A DNA stretch of 64,000 bases from an uncultured delta proteobacterium (GCA_963806225.1 CAWDXG010000004.1:3424001-3488000), one strand, 5' to 3'. Counted from the first letter of the stretch, positions 39,729-51,016 are shown. The notes: generated by a model from the sequence alone, not told the origin. Translations and numbers: made by a program.

Positions 39729-42408
39729 CTAGAAATTCGGTGGAGGGAGCAGGACTTCCCGGTCTCGAGCGCCATTCGGCGGACCCACCATGCCGCGCTT
39801 CTCCATCATCTCGACGATCTTTGCCGCGCGGTTGTAGCCGATCGGTCATCTTGCGCTGGAGCCACGAAGTCGAGCAGCGCTGGGTCTCGGCGACGATCGC
39901 CGACCGCTTCGTCGAAGCGGGCGTCGACGGGCTCGTCGCTGTCGCGGGTCCGGACTTCTCGTCTTCGGCCGCCGCGAGGATGGCGTCGTGATACTGGGGG
40001 GTACCCTGCGTGCGCAGATGGTCCGTGAGCGCGCTCACTTCTTCCTCGCTCACGAAGGGGCACTGCACGCGGCGGGTCTCGCTGGAGCCGTTGAGCTTGA
40101 CGAGCATGTCGCCCTTGCCGAGCAGCAGCTCGGCGCCCATCTCGTCGAGGATCGTCCGGCTGTCGACCTTCTGGGCCACGCGGTAGCCGATGCGGCTCGG
40201 GAAGTTCGCCTTGATCATGCCGGTGATGACATCGACGCTCGGCCGCTGCGTCGCCAGCACGACGTGCATGCCCGCGGCGCGTGCCTTCTGCGCCAAGCCG
40301 CGCCACCGAGGCCTCGACCTCCTTGCCCTGCTGCATCATCAGGTCGGCGAACTCGTCGACGACGATCACGATATAGGGCAGCTTGCCGGGGAGTTGCGTT
40401 CCGTCGGAGCCCTCCTTCGATGCCGGCACGCTCACCAGAGTGCCCTCGCTGGAAAGCGCCTCGACCGCCGAGGCCTCGGGTGCCGGCACCTCGCCGGCGT
40501 GAACGCGGCGCACCCAGTTGTTGTAGGTGGTGATGTTCTTGGTGCCCGCGTTCGCGAACAGCTGGTAGCGCCGCTCCATCTCGTCGACGGCCCAGCGCAG
40601 CGCGGTGGCCGCCTGCTTCATGTCGGTGACCACGGGCAGCAGCATGTGCGGGATGCCGTCGAACGGAGCCAGCTCGACCACCTTCGGATCGATCATCAAG
40701 CAGCCTGAGCTCCTCGGGCGTGCGGCAGAAGAGCAAGCTCGAGAGCATCACGTTCAGGCCCACGCTCTTGCCGGCGCCGGTCGCGCCCGCAACGATCACG
40801 TGGGGCATGCTGGCCAGATCCGCGTAGAACGGAGCCCCGACAATATCGCGCCCGAGCACGACCGGCAGTGGCGCCTTCTCGGCCAGCTTGCCGAAGCGCT
40901 TGTCCTCCACCAGCTCGCGCAGGTTGACCGGCATGCGCTCGTCGTTCGGCAGCTCGAATCCGATACGGCTCTTGCCCGGGATCGGCGCGATGATGCGCAC
41001 CGTCCGCGACAGGCCCAGCGCCAGATCGTCGGCCAGGTTGGCGACTTTGCTCACCTTGGTGCCCGGCTCCGGCGCGACCTCGTACGTCGTCACGGTAGGA
41101 CCGGGGTGGATGTCCTTGACCTTCGCCTTGACGCCGTAGTCCGCGAGCGTCTTCTCCAGCCGTGAAGCGTGCTCGAGGATCTTCTGCTCGTCGACGTCGG
41201 TAATCTTCGGGGGACTCGCGGCCAGGAGATCGGGAGTCGGCAGAAGGAAGTTCCGGGAGCGAGCAGCCCGCGGCTTCGCCCGCCGGTCGCGCTTGATCTC
41301 CTGGTGCGGCTTCGTGTCCACGATGCGCGGGCCCTGGACGTCATCCTTCGAGCGGCGTCGCGAACGAGCTCTTGCGGGCGTCGACTCCGACGGCTCGGCA
41401 TCGGGCTCCTGCTCCGGCACCTGCCCCTGGGCCGCCGCGGCGAGCTCGACGTCGCCGGCGTCGTCCTCGACGTCCACTTCGGCCGCGGCAGGCGTGGCGG
41501 AAGACTCCGTCTGCACTTCAGGTGGTGCAGCCGTTTCCGCTTGGAGCAGGGCCTCTGCGGTAGAGCCGATGCCTTCGCGCAGCGCGGAGGAGATCGCCAG
41601 CGGCGGAGAGCCGGTGCTCTCCATCGGAATCCATTCGCCGTCGTCGTCCGAGAGCTGCGCGATGATCGCCTCGTCGCTTGGCTTGGTGTCGATGTGCGGT
41701 CGTTCTGCGGCGCATTGAGCCTCGCGCCGCTCGCGACGCAGCTCGCGGGCCTCGTGCCACGCGGCGCCGACGCGCCGCCCCTGCAGCATCGCGAACGCGG
41801 CGAAACGCTGCCACAGCTCCAGGGCCTTCTGGCACCAGGCGATGAACGAGAAGCTGCTGCGTCCGATCGAGGATCAGGCCCACGAGCGTCCCGCCCACCA
41901 GGAACGAGCCGATACCCGAGAACAACCCGCGCATCAGCTCGCCGAACAGGAGCCCGACATTTCCGGCGGCCGGCAGGCGCCCGAACAGGTCCGCAGTGGG
42001 AAACGCCACCTGCACGAGCGCAGCCAGGATGATGGCCACGACGAGATCGCCGGCCACGCGGAGCCCGAGCGAGCCGGTGGACCGCCCGCGGAACAGCGGC
42101 GCCCCGACCAGCGCGAGCTCGACGGGAGCCAACCAGGCCACGATTCCGAATCCCTGGGCCAGCACGCCGGCCACCGCGGCGCCGACGAGCCCCACCCAGT
42201 TTCCGCCCGAAACGCTGGGATCGTTCGGATCCACGCGCAGACTGGCGAGCGCCAGGCACAGGAAAACCGAGAGGGTGAACAGCAGGAGAGCAGCCGCCTC
42301 GTGCCCGCGGCGGACGGCACCGGCACCAACCGGCCCACCGGCCTCCACCGCAGATTCGGGGGAAACTCCAGAGACAGTACCGCGTCGAGTGAAGGGACGT
42401 GCGCCCAT
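39729..42408 (-). CDS. ftsK: DNA translocase FtsK (4TM + motor + gamma domain), several apparent frameshifts
   Basis: N-terminal TMs (NWVGLVGA); [58 protein letters not shown]; gamma domain [12 protein letters not shown]. Confidence 0.92.
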
Positions 42409-42602
42409 TTACCTACTTAGACCTACATCACCTTACCTACTCCGGCCAAGGATGTCGACTTCGGGCAATCTGCCCGCGAGGCGCTCCGGCGCGCGCCCGG
42501 ATCTGATATCCCCTGGAGATGTCGCGAGCTTGAGTCTGTCGCGCTGCGGGCTGTACTATCCTGCCTCTTCGTTCACGCGTACCCGCCAAGGACAGCGAGG
42601 GC

Positions 42603-44264
42603 ATGTCGAGACACCGAAGAACAGAACGATTTTCAATGCTAGCGGGCGCTCGACACGGGCGCCTATTCTCGTCGGTGGCACTCGCGACGGCCCTCGCGAT
42701 CGGAGTCGGCACCGCGGGGTGTCGCACCTCCGATAGCGACATCCACCGCTGGGGCGACACGCTGCAGGGGCCGCGCAAGCTCGCTGCGGTCGTCACGCAC
42801 GACAAGTTCCCCCTCCCCTTGAGGGTGGAAGCGGCGATGACGCTGATCGAGATGAAGCCACGCGGTGGCAAGCAGGTCGGAATCGAGGGCGTGGACAACG
42901 ACCCGGAGGAGCCGGGAGTCGTCAATGCGATCGCCTCGCTCGTTCCAGCCGAGCGCTCGCTCATCATCGAGAAGCTGATCCCCGAGCTGATCCAGAAGAT
43001 GAGCGAGCCGCCGCCCAGAGCCCAGGGCGGGCAGCCCGCACCCGCCGACCCGTCCCACTCGTACAAGGACGGAGCGTTCGCACTGCTCAGCTACGACGAC
43101 GGGTCGCTCATCACCGACGAGAATCTCAAGAAGCGGCTCAAGGCCGCGCTCGCCGAGTGGTGCATGACGGACTTCGCCGCGCGCCTGGACGACTCCTCGC
43201 AGATGTTCGGCGTTGAACAGGTGTTGCGCGCCCTCGGCACACAGGGCGTCAAGAAGCTCCCGGATCTGATCCAGCCCGGCGCAAAGAAGATCGAGCGCAT
43301 GGCCGACCTGATCTCCGACCTGGGCGACGAGGAAACCAAGCTACGCGCCAGCACGAAGCTCGTCGCCGTCGCGAAGGAAGTCAACTCCGACCACTGGAAG
43401 AAGCAGAAGGCACCCGCCGTAGAAGCCGCCAACAAGGCGTCCAAGCTCGAGCCCACTCCGAGGCAGTTCCAGGCGCAGCTCGATCAATACCAGGAAGAAG
43501 AGTTGCTGCGCGTCTTTGGATCCATGAAGAAGGTCGGCGGACGGCCCGCCGTCGACTACCTGATCGATTTCGCGGAGAACAAGGACTATTCCGCCAAGCG
43601 CCGCTCCGCCGCCGTGGCCGCGCTCGAGGGCCACCTCGACAAGAACAAGCCGGACGAGGTCCAGGCGATGCTCGAGCTCGCCGGCGCCGACGACACGCCC
43701 GACGACTTGCGCGATCAGGTGCTGCGGCGCGTCGGCGAAATGCCACGCAAGCTGGTCGTGAACAAGCTCTACGAGCTGTTCAAGAACGACAACTGGAAGA
43801 TCCGCTGGGTCGCCGCCGAGCTGGTGTTGAAGATGTCCGACACCAGCCAGGTCGGCGAGTTCATGACGAAGCTGGGCCGCGTCAAGGGCATGGCGATCAC
43901 CGAGCCGCTTCGATACGGCGCGCTAATCGGCGGCATGAAGGGGCCGAAGACGCCCGAACAGGTCGCGGCCCGATACGCGGCTCCGGGTCACGCCGTCCAG
44001 GCCCGGTTGAGCGCGCTCGGCTACTACTATAACGACGGGACGAAGGAGGATTTGTCCAAGGTGCAGCGCTACGAGAGCGACCGCACGAAGGTTCCCCAAT
44101 GCAACGAGGATGCCGAGGACTGCGCATGGCAGTGCACGATCACCCAAGGCAAGTCCCAGGAGACGAAGGACATCAGCACCGTCGGCGACTTCGTCCGCTA
44201 CTGCGTGGAACCGCAGATGAAGAAGAACAAGAAGGCGGAGAAGAAGGCCGACAAGAAGAAGTAG
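42603..44264 (+). CDS. Hypothetical alpha-helical (HEAT-like) lipoprotein
   Basis: Lipobox-like GTAGC, long helical repeats and C-terminal Cys residues; clear coding bias. Confidence 0.65.
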   Translation: MSRHRRTERFSMLAGARHGRLFSSVALATALAIGVGTAGCRTSDSDIHRWGDTLQGPRKLAAVVTHDKFPLPLRVEAAMTLIEMKPRGGKQVGIEGVDNDPEEPGVVNAIASLVPAERSLIIEKLIPELIQKMSEPPPRAQGGQPAPADPSHSYKDGAFALLSYDDGSLITDENLKKRLKAALAEWCMTDFAARLDDSSQMFGVEQVLRALGTQGVKKLPDLIQPGAKKIERMADLISDLGDEETKLRASTKLVAVAKEVNSDHWKKQKAPAVEAANKASKLEPTPRQFQAQLDQYQEEELLRVFGSMKKVGGRPAVDYLIDFAENKDYSAKRRSAAVAALEGHLDKNKPDEVQAMLELAGADDTPDDLRDQVLRRVGEMPRKLVVNKLYELFKNDNWKIRWVAAELVLKMSDTSQVGEFMTKLGRVKGMAITEPLRYGALIGGMKGPKTPEQVAARYAAPGHAVQARLSALGYYYNDGTKEDLSKVQRYESDRTKVPQCNEDAEDCAWQCTITQGKSQETKDISTVGDFVRYCVEPQMKKNKKAEKKADKKK

Positions 44265-44306
44265 TCATACTGGCTGCTGGAAACGCCCCCGAATAGGTAC
44301 TGCCGC

Positions 44307-45144
44307 ATGAGCTCCGACCCCAACAAGAAGACCCCGCGCAACTTCCAGTGCCGGGACTCTCTCTGGCACAAGTTCGAGCAGATGGCGCGGGAGCTCGAGT
44401 GCTCCGTCGACTATCTGGTCAACGACGCGATGAAGCAGTACGCACGGCAGCGCGGCTACACGAGCACTGCCGCGCAACCGGCCGCCGGGCCGCCGCCGCC
44501 TCCCGCCGGCGACGCACGGCGCGCCGCCTCCGCCGCCCCCTCCGCTTCCGGGCGGTCCGCCGCCCCCACCTGCCTCCGCCCAGCGTCCCTCCGGGGGCCC
44601 ACCTCCGCCCACAGCGCCGCGCGGCTACAGTGGAGGCCCGCCGCCACCTCCGCCGCCGCCTGCTGCACCCGGCAGCGGCGGGCGCAGGCCCCCTCCGCCG
44701 CCCACGCCGAGCCGGATGCCTCCGCCTCCGCCTCCGCCTGCAGCGCCCCCGCATCACGGTCCGCCTCCGATGTCGCCCGCTCCGTCGCGGGGCGCGCCGC
44801 CTCCGCCGCCCATGCCGCGCTCGGTGCCGCCGCCGCCTCCGCCTCCGCCGGCGCAGCAGTACGGCGGCTCGCTGAACATCTACTACCAGGGCGAGCGCTT
44901 CCCCATCACGAAGGACCGCTTCATCATCGGCCGCGGCAAGCAGTCGAGCGACCTGACGATCAAGGACCCGAACGTGTCGCGCCAGCACGCGATGGTCGAG
45001 TTCTTGAACGGCCAGTACTACATCGTCGACATGGGCTCGACGAACGGGGTCGAGTACAACGGACAGCGCGTCCAGCGGAAGGTCGTCAACGAAGGCGACA
45101 TGTTCAAGGTCTGCGACCACGAACTGCACTTCTCGTTCCGCTAG
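44307..45144 (+). CDS. RHH-like N-terminus, Pro-rich linker and FHA domain protein (apparent frameshift in the linker)
   Basis: PRNFQCRDSLWHKFEQMARELECSVDYLVNDAMKQY is RHH-like. The FHA motifs IIGR, DPNVSRQHA and DMGSTNG are in the 44716 frame. Confidence 0.75.
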
Positions 45145-45195
45145 TATTCCAAGCACCCGCCGCTAGCACTCCGTCGCTTCACCCGGTCGGGCCCA

Positions 45196-46116
45196 ATGCA
45201 TGTAGCGGTCGTCGGGGCAGGGTCGCTGGGACGGATCTACGGCGTGCATCTGGCCGCGCATGGCGTACCGGTCACCTTCGTGGTGCGACCGTCGCGCCTC
45301 GGCGAGACGAACGCATTCGTCATCCGCGACCTGGCACGCGGTGGGCGCCGCCGCGCGGTTGCGCATCCCTCGCTGTCCGCGGAAGTCCCGGCGGATGCCA
45401 CGGTGATGCTCCTGGCAGTGCGGGTCGACCAGATCGACACGGCCCTGGAGCAGACGCTCCGCGCGGGTCCGCCCGTGCCGCTGGTTTCGCTCACGCCGCT
45501 CCTGCCCATCAGCCGGCGCCGCGTGGACGAGTTCGTCGACGGACGCTGCCGCCCCGCCCTGCCCAGCGTCGCCGGCACACTCGACGAGTACGGCGTGGTC
45601 CGCTACCGCGTGCTGCCCCGCACGAAAACCCTCGTGGAATCGGAAAACGGCCGGGACCCCGCCCTGGTCGAGTTGGTCGAAGCACTCGACAATGCCGGCA
45701 TCCCGGCGGCGCTGGCTCCGGGCGTCAGCCGCCGCAATCCCGCCACGACAATCGCGTTCTTCCCGCTATCGCTCGGGCTGTCGCAGGCGGGCAGCGCGAC
45801 TCTGCTGGTCGCCGACCGCGAGCTGCTCCGTCTTTCGCTGGCGGCCTGCACGGAATCGCGCGAGCTGGCGCGGCGCATCGGCCCCGTGGAGCCGGCTCTG
45901 GCGTTGATGCGCTTCGCGGGCGCGCGCTCGCTCAGGGCGCTGGTTGCCGTGGCGCGCCGCTTCGCGCCGGAGGCGCTCGCGTATCTGGAGCGACATTTCG
46001 GCCACAAGCTCCAGGCGCAGCACCGCGCGATGGTGGCCGAGATCGAGGAGCTCGCGCGCGAGAAGGGCGTGCCGATGCCGGCCTTCGGCGAGCTCGCCGC
46101 GCGCACCCGACGCTGA
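45196..46116 (+). CDS. Ketopantoate reductase (PanE/ApbA)-like protein, divergent
   Basis: MHVAVVGAGSLGRIYG Rossmann motif, LLAVR and overall size. Confidence 0.7.
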   Translation: MHVAVVGAGSLGRIYGVHLAAHGVPVTFVVRPSRLGETNAFVIRDLARGGRRRAVAHPSLSAEVPADATVMLLAVRVDQIDTALEQTLRAGPPVPLVSLTPLLPISRRRVDEFVDGRCRPALPSVAGTLDEYGVVRYRVLPRTKTLVESENGRDPALVELVEALDNAGIPAALAPGVSRRNPATTIAFFPLSLGLSQAGSATLLVADRELLRLSLAACTESRELARRIGPVEPALALMRFAGARSLRALVAVARRFAPEALAYLERHFGHKLQAQHRAMVAEIEELAREKGVPMPAFGELAARTRR

Positions 46117-46166
46117 CAACCACCGCGGCTTTGGTCCGGATCCGGAGAGCGGGCTACGATCACGGC

Positions 46167-47417
46167 ATGCGCGGCGCCGGCGCCCTGCCACTTCTGATCG
46201 TCCTCGCCACCGTGCCCGCCGCGGCGCAGAGGAAACCCTGGGTGGATGCCGGCAGCGTTCCGTTGTCCTCTCGGGCCCACAGCGTCGAGGTCGTGCGCCA
46301 CAACGAACAGCTCTTCTCGCAGCCGGACTCCCGCTCCGCTCGAAGAGGCACGGCCATCCAGGGCGCGCACCTGCCGCTGTTCGGGGCCACGCACGGCCCG
46401 GGCTGCGCGGGCCGCTGGCTCTCGGTCGGCCCCACGGCGTGGGTGTGCAGCGCACACGTGCGGCTGTCGCCGGCGCCGGCCCTCGCGCCGCGGACCGCTC
46501 CGCCACGGTTTGCCGACGGACTGCCGTACCACTACTACTTCGTCGGGCCGGACGGCTCGCTGGGCTACGCCGAGCTGGCCGGCGCGGAAGAGGGCGCGCC
46601 CGATGCAGAGCTGCAGCCGGGGTTCGCGCTGGCCGTGATCCGCGTAGCCAACAAGGCACCGGGCGATCCCTTCGGCCTGACTACGCACGGCCTGTGGGTG
46701 CCGATGCGGGACCTCGGCGCCGCGCGCCCGTCGCTGTTCCACGGCAGCGAGCTCTCCGGTGGACTGGATCTCGGCTGGGTCGTGGCCGACAGCGCGCCGG
46801 TCTACGAAAAACCGGGAGGCAGGCGCCTGCCGCACGCGGTTCGCACGCAATTCGAGAAAGTCACCGTGCTCGAAACGGTGACGCGCCATCACCATCGCTG
46901 GTTCCGCGTCGGCGAGGGCCAGTGGATGAGCGACGGCGAGCTGCGCGTCCCGACTCCGGCCCCGCTCCCGGTCCACCTCCGGCCAGGCGAGCGCTGGATC
47001 GACGTGGATACGGACGCCCAGATCCTCACCGCCTACGAAGGCGGAAAGCCCGTGTTCGCCACGCTGGTCTCGACCGGCAAGGGGCGCGAGGGCAGCGAGC
47101 TGGCCACGCCGAAGGGCGCATTCCACATCTGGGTGAAGCTTCGCAGCACGGACATGGACAACCTGGAAAACGAGGAGGCCAGCCGCTACTACGCCATCGA
47201 GGACGTGCCCTGGGTGATGTTCTTCAAGAAGGGCTACGGCCTGCACGGCACCTTCTGGCACCACTCCTTCGGGCACGTCAGAAGCCATGGCTGCGTCAAT
47301 CTGACGCCGCTCGACGCCGAACGGCTCTTCTACTGGGCCGGCCCCCGGTTGCCCGCGGGCTGGTCGGCCGTGCTGCCCACCCGCCATGACCCCGGAACGC
47401 TGGTGCGCGTCCGCTAG
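46167..47417 (+). CDS. L,D-transpeptidase (YkuD family)
   Basis: WIDVD..Q.L.AYEG, VSTG, TPKG and the catalytic LHGTFWH...SHGCVN motif. Confidence 0.9.
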   Translation: MRGAGALPLLIVLATVPAAAQRKPWVDAGSVPLSSRAHSVEVVRHNEQLFSQPDSRSARRGTAIQGAHLPLFGATHGPGCAGRWLSVGPTAWVCSAHVRLSPAPALAPRTAPPRFADGLPYHYYFVGPDGSLGYAELAGAEEGAPDAELQPGFALAVIRVANKAPGDPFGLTTHGLWVPMRDLGAARPSLFHGSELSGGLDLGWVVADSAPVYEKPGGRRLPHAVRTQFEKVTVLETVTRHHHRWFRVGEGQWMSDGELRVPTPAPLPVHLRPGERWIDVDTDAQILTAYEGGKPVFATLVSTGKGREGSELATPKGAFHIWVKLRSTDMDNLENEEASRYYAIEDVPWVMFFKKGYGLHGTFWHHSFGHVRSHGCVNLTPLDAERLFYWAGPRLPAGWSAVLPTRHDPGTLVRVR

Positions 47418-47471
47418 CCCGGGGACGCCGGATCTATCGCCCGTCGGCGATCGCTGACCTAGAATGCAGCC

Positions 47472-47915
47472 ATGGACCTGGATATCGGACGGGACACACT
47501 GATGGCCCTGGCGGCGGTTGCCTGGGCCGACGGCACGATGGCTCCAAGCGAGCAGGCAGGCATCCGCAATGCCGCCCGCCAGCTCCAGCTGGGCGAGGAC
47601 GACATGAAGCTGGTGGAACAGGCGCTCGCGAACAGCGTCAGCCTCGACGAGGTCGAGACCCTCCGCATGAATCGTCTGACGCGCCTGTTCACGTATGCCG
47701 TCGGCGCGTGGATCGCGCACATCGACGGCGCGGTCCCGAAAGCCGAGCAGGACGCGCTCGATCTGCTGGGTGATCGCCTGGGGCTCTCGAAGGTCGCCCG
47801 CGAGCGCGCCGAGGGCGCTGCGCTGGGCCTGGCCGAGCACCAGGGCGCGGACTTCGATCTGCTCAAGCTCCGTTCGCGCTTGTCGGCGGGCCTCAGCCAG
47901 ATCGGGAACGAGTGA
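47472..47915 (+). CDS. TerB-like (tellurite resistance fold) protein
   Basis: Duplicated AWADG..APSE and AHIDG..KAE motifs. Confidence 0.7.
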   Translation: MDLDIGRDTLMALAAVAWADGTMAPSEQAGIRNAARQLQLGEDDMKLVEQALANSVSLDEVETLRMNRLTRLFTYAVGAWIAHIDGAVPKAEQDALDLLGDRLGLSKVARERAEGAALGLAEHQGADFDLLKLRSRLSAGLSQIGNE

Positions 47916-47952
47916 GCCGGCACACGCCGGAGAAACCGCCGACGGCCCACTG

Positions 47953-49662
47953 ATGGTGTCCATCGTCCACGCCGCGCGCGATATCGGCCGGCTACGCACC
48001 ATCACCACGGTTCTGGCGCGCCACGGCTTCGGCGAGATCGGGCGTCGCATCAGCGTAGGCCGCTCGAAGAAGAAGAAAGAATCCGAGCCCCCGTCCTCCC
48101 GCGACGTCGAGCTTCTGGCGCCGTCTCCCGAGGAAGAAGCGCAGGGCGACAAGGAGCGCGAACACGTCTCGCCCGCCGTGCGCGCACGCCTGGCGCTGGA
48201 GGACCTCGGGCCATCCTTCGTCAAGCTCGGGCAGATCGCTTCGACCCGTCCCGACGTACTGCCAGCGGACGTGATTCTGGAGCTCAAGAAGCTGCAGGAC
48301 TCCGTGCCGCCGGTCCCCTTCGACCAGATCAAGGAGCAGGTGGAGACCTCGCTCGGCGCAGAGCTCGGGGAGCTCTTCGAGAGCTTCGACCAGGAGCCGC
48401 TGGCTGCGGCCAGCATCGCGCAGGTGCACCGCGCGGTGCTCAAGACGGACGACGGACCGCGTCAGGTCGTGGTCAAAGTGCAGCGACCAGGCATCGCCGA
48501 GACCATCGCCAGCGACATCGACATCCTGTACACATTCGCCGCGCTGGTAGAGCGCGCCATCCCGGAAAGCAGGATCTACTCGCCGGTGGGCCTGGTGCAG
48601 CAATTCGACCAGGCGATCAACGCCGAGCTCGATTTCTCGACCGAAGCGGAGAACGCCCTGCGCTTCTCGCAGAACTTCGAGTCCTTCCGGAACGTCAAGT
48701 TCCCCAAGCCGTTCAAGTCCGCCTCGAGCAAGCGCGTGCTCACGCTGGAGTACCTCGACGGCAAGAAGATCTACGACGCCATCGCTGTCGGCCACTCGGG
48801 CAAGAAGCTCGCGCGTATCGCGCTCGACATCATCGTCAAGCAGATCTTCGAGGACGGCTTCTTCCACGCGGACCCGCACCCGGGCAACGTGCTGGTGCTG
48901 GGCGAGCCGGACACTCCGATCTTCGCCATGCTCGATCTGGGCATGGTCGGGCGCCTGAGCCCGAAGATGCGCGACCTGACGATCGACGTGATGGTCGGTG
49001 CGGTCCGCAAGGACTACGAGGCCATCGCCGACGCGATGTACCAGATCGGCACGCCGACCAAGAAGATCGACATGGAAGCGTACCGGGCCGAGGTGGCGCT
49101 CCTGAGCGAGAAGTACCTCGGCAAGCAGCTCAAGGATATCGAGCTCTCCGGGATGATCCGCGATCTGGTGCAGGGCGCGACCAAGTATGGCCTGGAGATC
49201 CCGTCGGACTTCATGCTCGTGGGCAAGGCGCTGATGACCGTGGAAGGCGTCGGCAAGGAGATCGATCCCGAGCTCGACGTCTTCGAGGAAGCCAAGCCGC
49301 GCTTTCTGGACCTCCTGCGCAAGCGCTACTCGCCGGAGCGCATCGGCAACGAGCTATTGCGACGCATCGAGCGGCTCAGCGGCGCCACGTACAACATGCC
49401 CCAGCAGATGCAGGAGGTGCTCGACGACCTGCGTCTCGGACGGCTGAGCGTGCGCACCGTGGACCCGGGGCTGGGTCGATACACAGACCGGCTGGGCCGA
49501 CGCATCTTCTCCGGACTGATCGCCGCCGCACTTCTGGTCACCGGCGGCCTGGTGCTCGCCGCCCGCTACGAGGTCGTAGGCTTCGTGCTCATGGGGCTCG
49601 CCATGCTCTGGCTCCTGGGCCACGCGCTCTTCGACGCCTACCGCGGCTTCCGCCAGCGCTAG
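47953..49662 (+). CDS. ABC1/AarF/UbiB family kinase
   Basis: LGPSFVKLGQ, AAASIAQVH, VKVQRP, FFHADPHPGN and DLGMVG motifs; C-terminal TMs. Confidence 0.95.
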   Translation: MVSIVHAARDIGRLRTITTVLARHGFGEIGRRISVGRSKKKKESEPPSSRDVELLAPSPEEEAQGDKEREHVSPAVRARLALEDLGPSFVKLGQIASTRPDVLPADVILELKKLQDSVPPVPFDQIKEQVETSLGAELGELFESFDQEPLAAASIAQVHRAVLKTDDGPRQVVVKVQRPGIAETIASDIDILYTFAALVERAIPESRIYSPVGLVQQFDQAINAELDFSTEAENALRFSQNFESFRNVKFPKPFKSASSKRVLTLEYLDGKKIYDAIAVGHSGKKLARIALDIIVKQIFEDGFFHADPHPGNVLVLGEPDTPIFAMLDLGMVGRLSPKMRDLTIDVMVGAVRKDYEAIADAMYQIGTPTKKIDMEAYRAEVALLSEKYLGKQLKDIELSGMIRDLVQGATKYGLEIPSDFMLVGKALMTVEGVGKEIDPELDVFEEAKPRFLDLLRKRYSPERIGNELLRRIERLSGATYNMPQQMQEVLDDLRLGRLSVRTVDPGLGRYTDRLGRRIFSGLIAAALLVTGGLVLAARYEVVGFVLMGLAMLWLLGHALFDAYRGFRQR

Positions 49663-49673
49663 CGCGCTTCGCG

Positions 49674-49800
49674 CCGGCGCAGCGAAACAAGCCCGCGTCG
49701 AGCCAAGCGGGGGGCGTGAAGGCGCGCGGGGGGGGCGGAGCCCCCCGGAGGACTACGGTGCGGGTGGGCGGGCGGGAGACAAACCAATCCCACGCCGCAC
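49674..49800. repeat. Interspersed ~125-bp intergenic repeat, copy 2
   Basis: Homologous to 32321-32445, in the same orientation. Confidence 0.8.
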
Positions 49801-49823
49801 CGCGATGCCGCAGCGACCCGGCC

Positions 49824-50162
49824 TCAGCCGATCTTCAGCCAGAGCAGGAACGCGATCGCGAACGCGAACAGCACCAGCGACTCGATCAGCGCCAGACCCA
49901 GGATCATCGGGGTCTGGATGCGCGCCGCGGCGCCGGGGTTGCGGCTGATGCCCTCGAGCGCTGCCGAAGCCGCGCGCCCCTGGCCCATGCCGCCGCCGAG
50001 GACCGCAAGACCGATCGCGATACCGGCGCCGAGCGCCGCCATCGACTGGACATCGAACTTGTTGGACGACGCAGCCGCCGCACCCATCTGCTGGGCGAAC
50101 GCGCTCGAGCTGACGAGCGTGGTGATGGCGGCGGTGGCGAGCGCCAGCTTCTTCCTGGACAT
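49824..50162 (-). CDS. atpE: ATP synthase F0 subunit c
   Basis: GxGxGxG stretch, RNP loop and LIES motif; signal-like N-terminal extension; AGGAG RBS. Confidence 0.97.
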   Translation of the reverse strand: MSRKKLALATAAITTLVSSSAFAQQMGAAAASSNKFDVQSMAALGAGIAIGLAVLGGGMGQGRAASAALEGISRNPGAAARIQTPMILGLALIESLVLFAFAIAFLLWLKIG

Positions 50163-50241
50163 TGTTTCTGTCTCCTTTTGAACTTGGATCAGGCGAGCCT
50201 GTAGCCGGTTTTCGGGGAATATTCCACCCCGGACAAGAGGT

Positions 50242-51012
50242 TCAGTGGTGCTCGGCGGGCTCTGTGGCCAGGCCGATGTAGATGCTGGTCAAAAGCGCGA
50301 ACACCAGCGTCTGCACCACCACGACGACGATCGTGAGAATCATCGCCGGCAGCGGGATGACCACGCCGATGAGCCCGAGGAAGATGGCGACGATCAGATG
50401 GTCGACCGCCATGTTGAGCATGAGCCGGACAGCCAACGTGATCGGGCGCACGCAGAGCGAGATGACCTCGATCACGAAGATCAACGGCATCATGTACCAG
50501 ACCGGGCCCGCCAGGTGCTTGACGTAGTCCCAGCCGTTTTCCTTGAGCCCGTAGAGGTTGAACAGCACGAACACGACCAGCGCGGACCCCGTCGTGATGC
50601 TCAGGCTGCTGGTGCAGACCGGGAAACCCGGAACCAGCGCCACTACGTTGGCGAAGAACACGAAGCACGCCGAGCCGCCGATGATCGGGAAGTACTGCTT
50701 CGCGCGCTCGGGGCCCATCACGCCCTTGGCCAGATCGTAGAAGTAACCGAGGAAGGTCTCCATGAAGGTGCGCAGTGTGAGCCGGTCGTCCGGAACCACG
50801 GCGTCCTCGGTCCTGGAGAGCTTCGAACGGACGCGCAGGGAGATCAGGATCAGGACCACGCACACCAGGAGAGCGGTGATCAGCGGCTCCCAGCTCTTCC
50901 AGTCCGGCGCCTTGTGCAGGACGAAGCTCTTGCCGATGAGCCCGGCATTGTGCGCGAGCGTCCCGTGGACGTACTCGAGCAGGTAGGTGAGCCAGGTCGT
51001 GCCTTCGGGCAT
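50242..51012 (-). CDS. atpB: ATP synthase F0 subunit a
   Basis: [27 protein letters not shown] and NVVALVPG motifs. Confidence 0.96.
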   Translation of the reverse strand: MPEGTTWLTYLLEYVHGTLAHNAGLIGKSFVLHKAPDWKSWEPLITALLVCVVLILISLRVRSKLSRTEDAVVPDDRLTLRTFMETFLGYFYDLAKGVMGPERAKQYFPIIGGSACFVFFANVVALVPGFPVCTSSLSITTGSALVVFVLFNLYGLKENGWDYVKHLAGPVWYMMPLIFVIEVISLCVRPITLAVRLMLNMAVDHLIVAIFLGLIGVVIPLPAMILTIVVVVVQTLVFALLTSIYIGLATEPAEHH

Positions 51013-51016
51013 GGCG

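Noticed and set aside
44307..47417. 1036-aa ORF apparently fusing the RHH N-terminus to the L,D-transpeptidase
   Set aside because: It is an artefact of an indel in the Pro linker plus a stop-free frame. The FHA and PanE-like genes lie inside it in another frame, and the transpeptidase has its own start and signal peptide at 46167.
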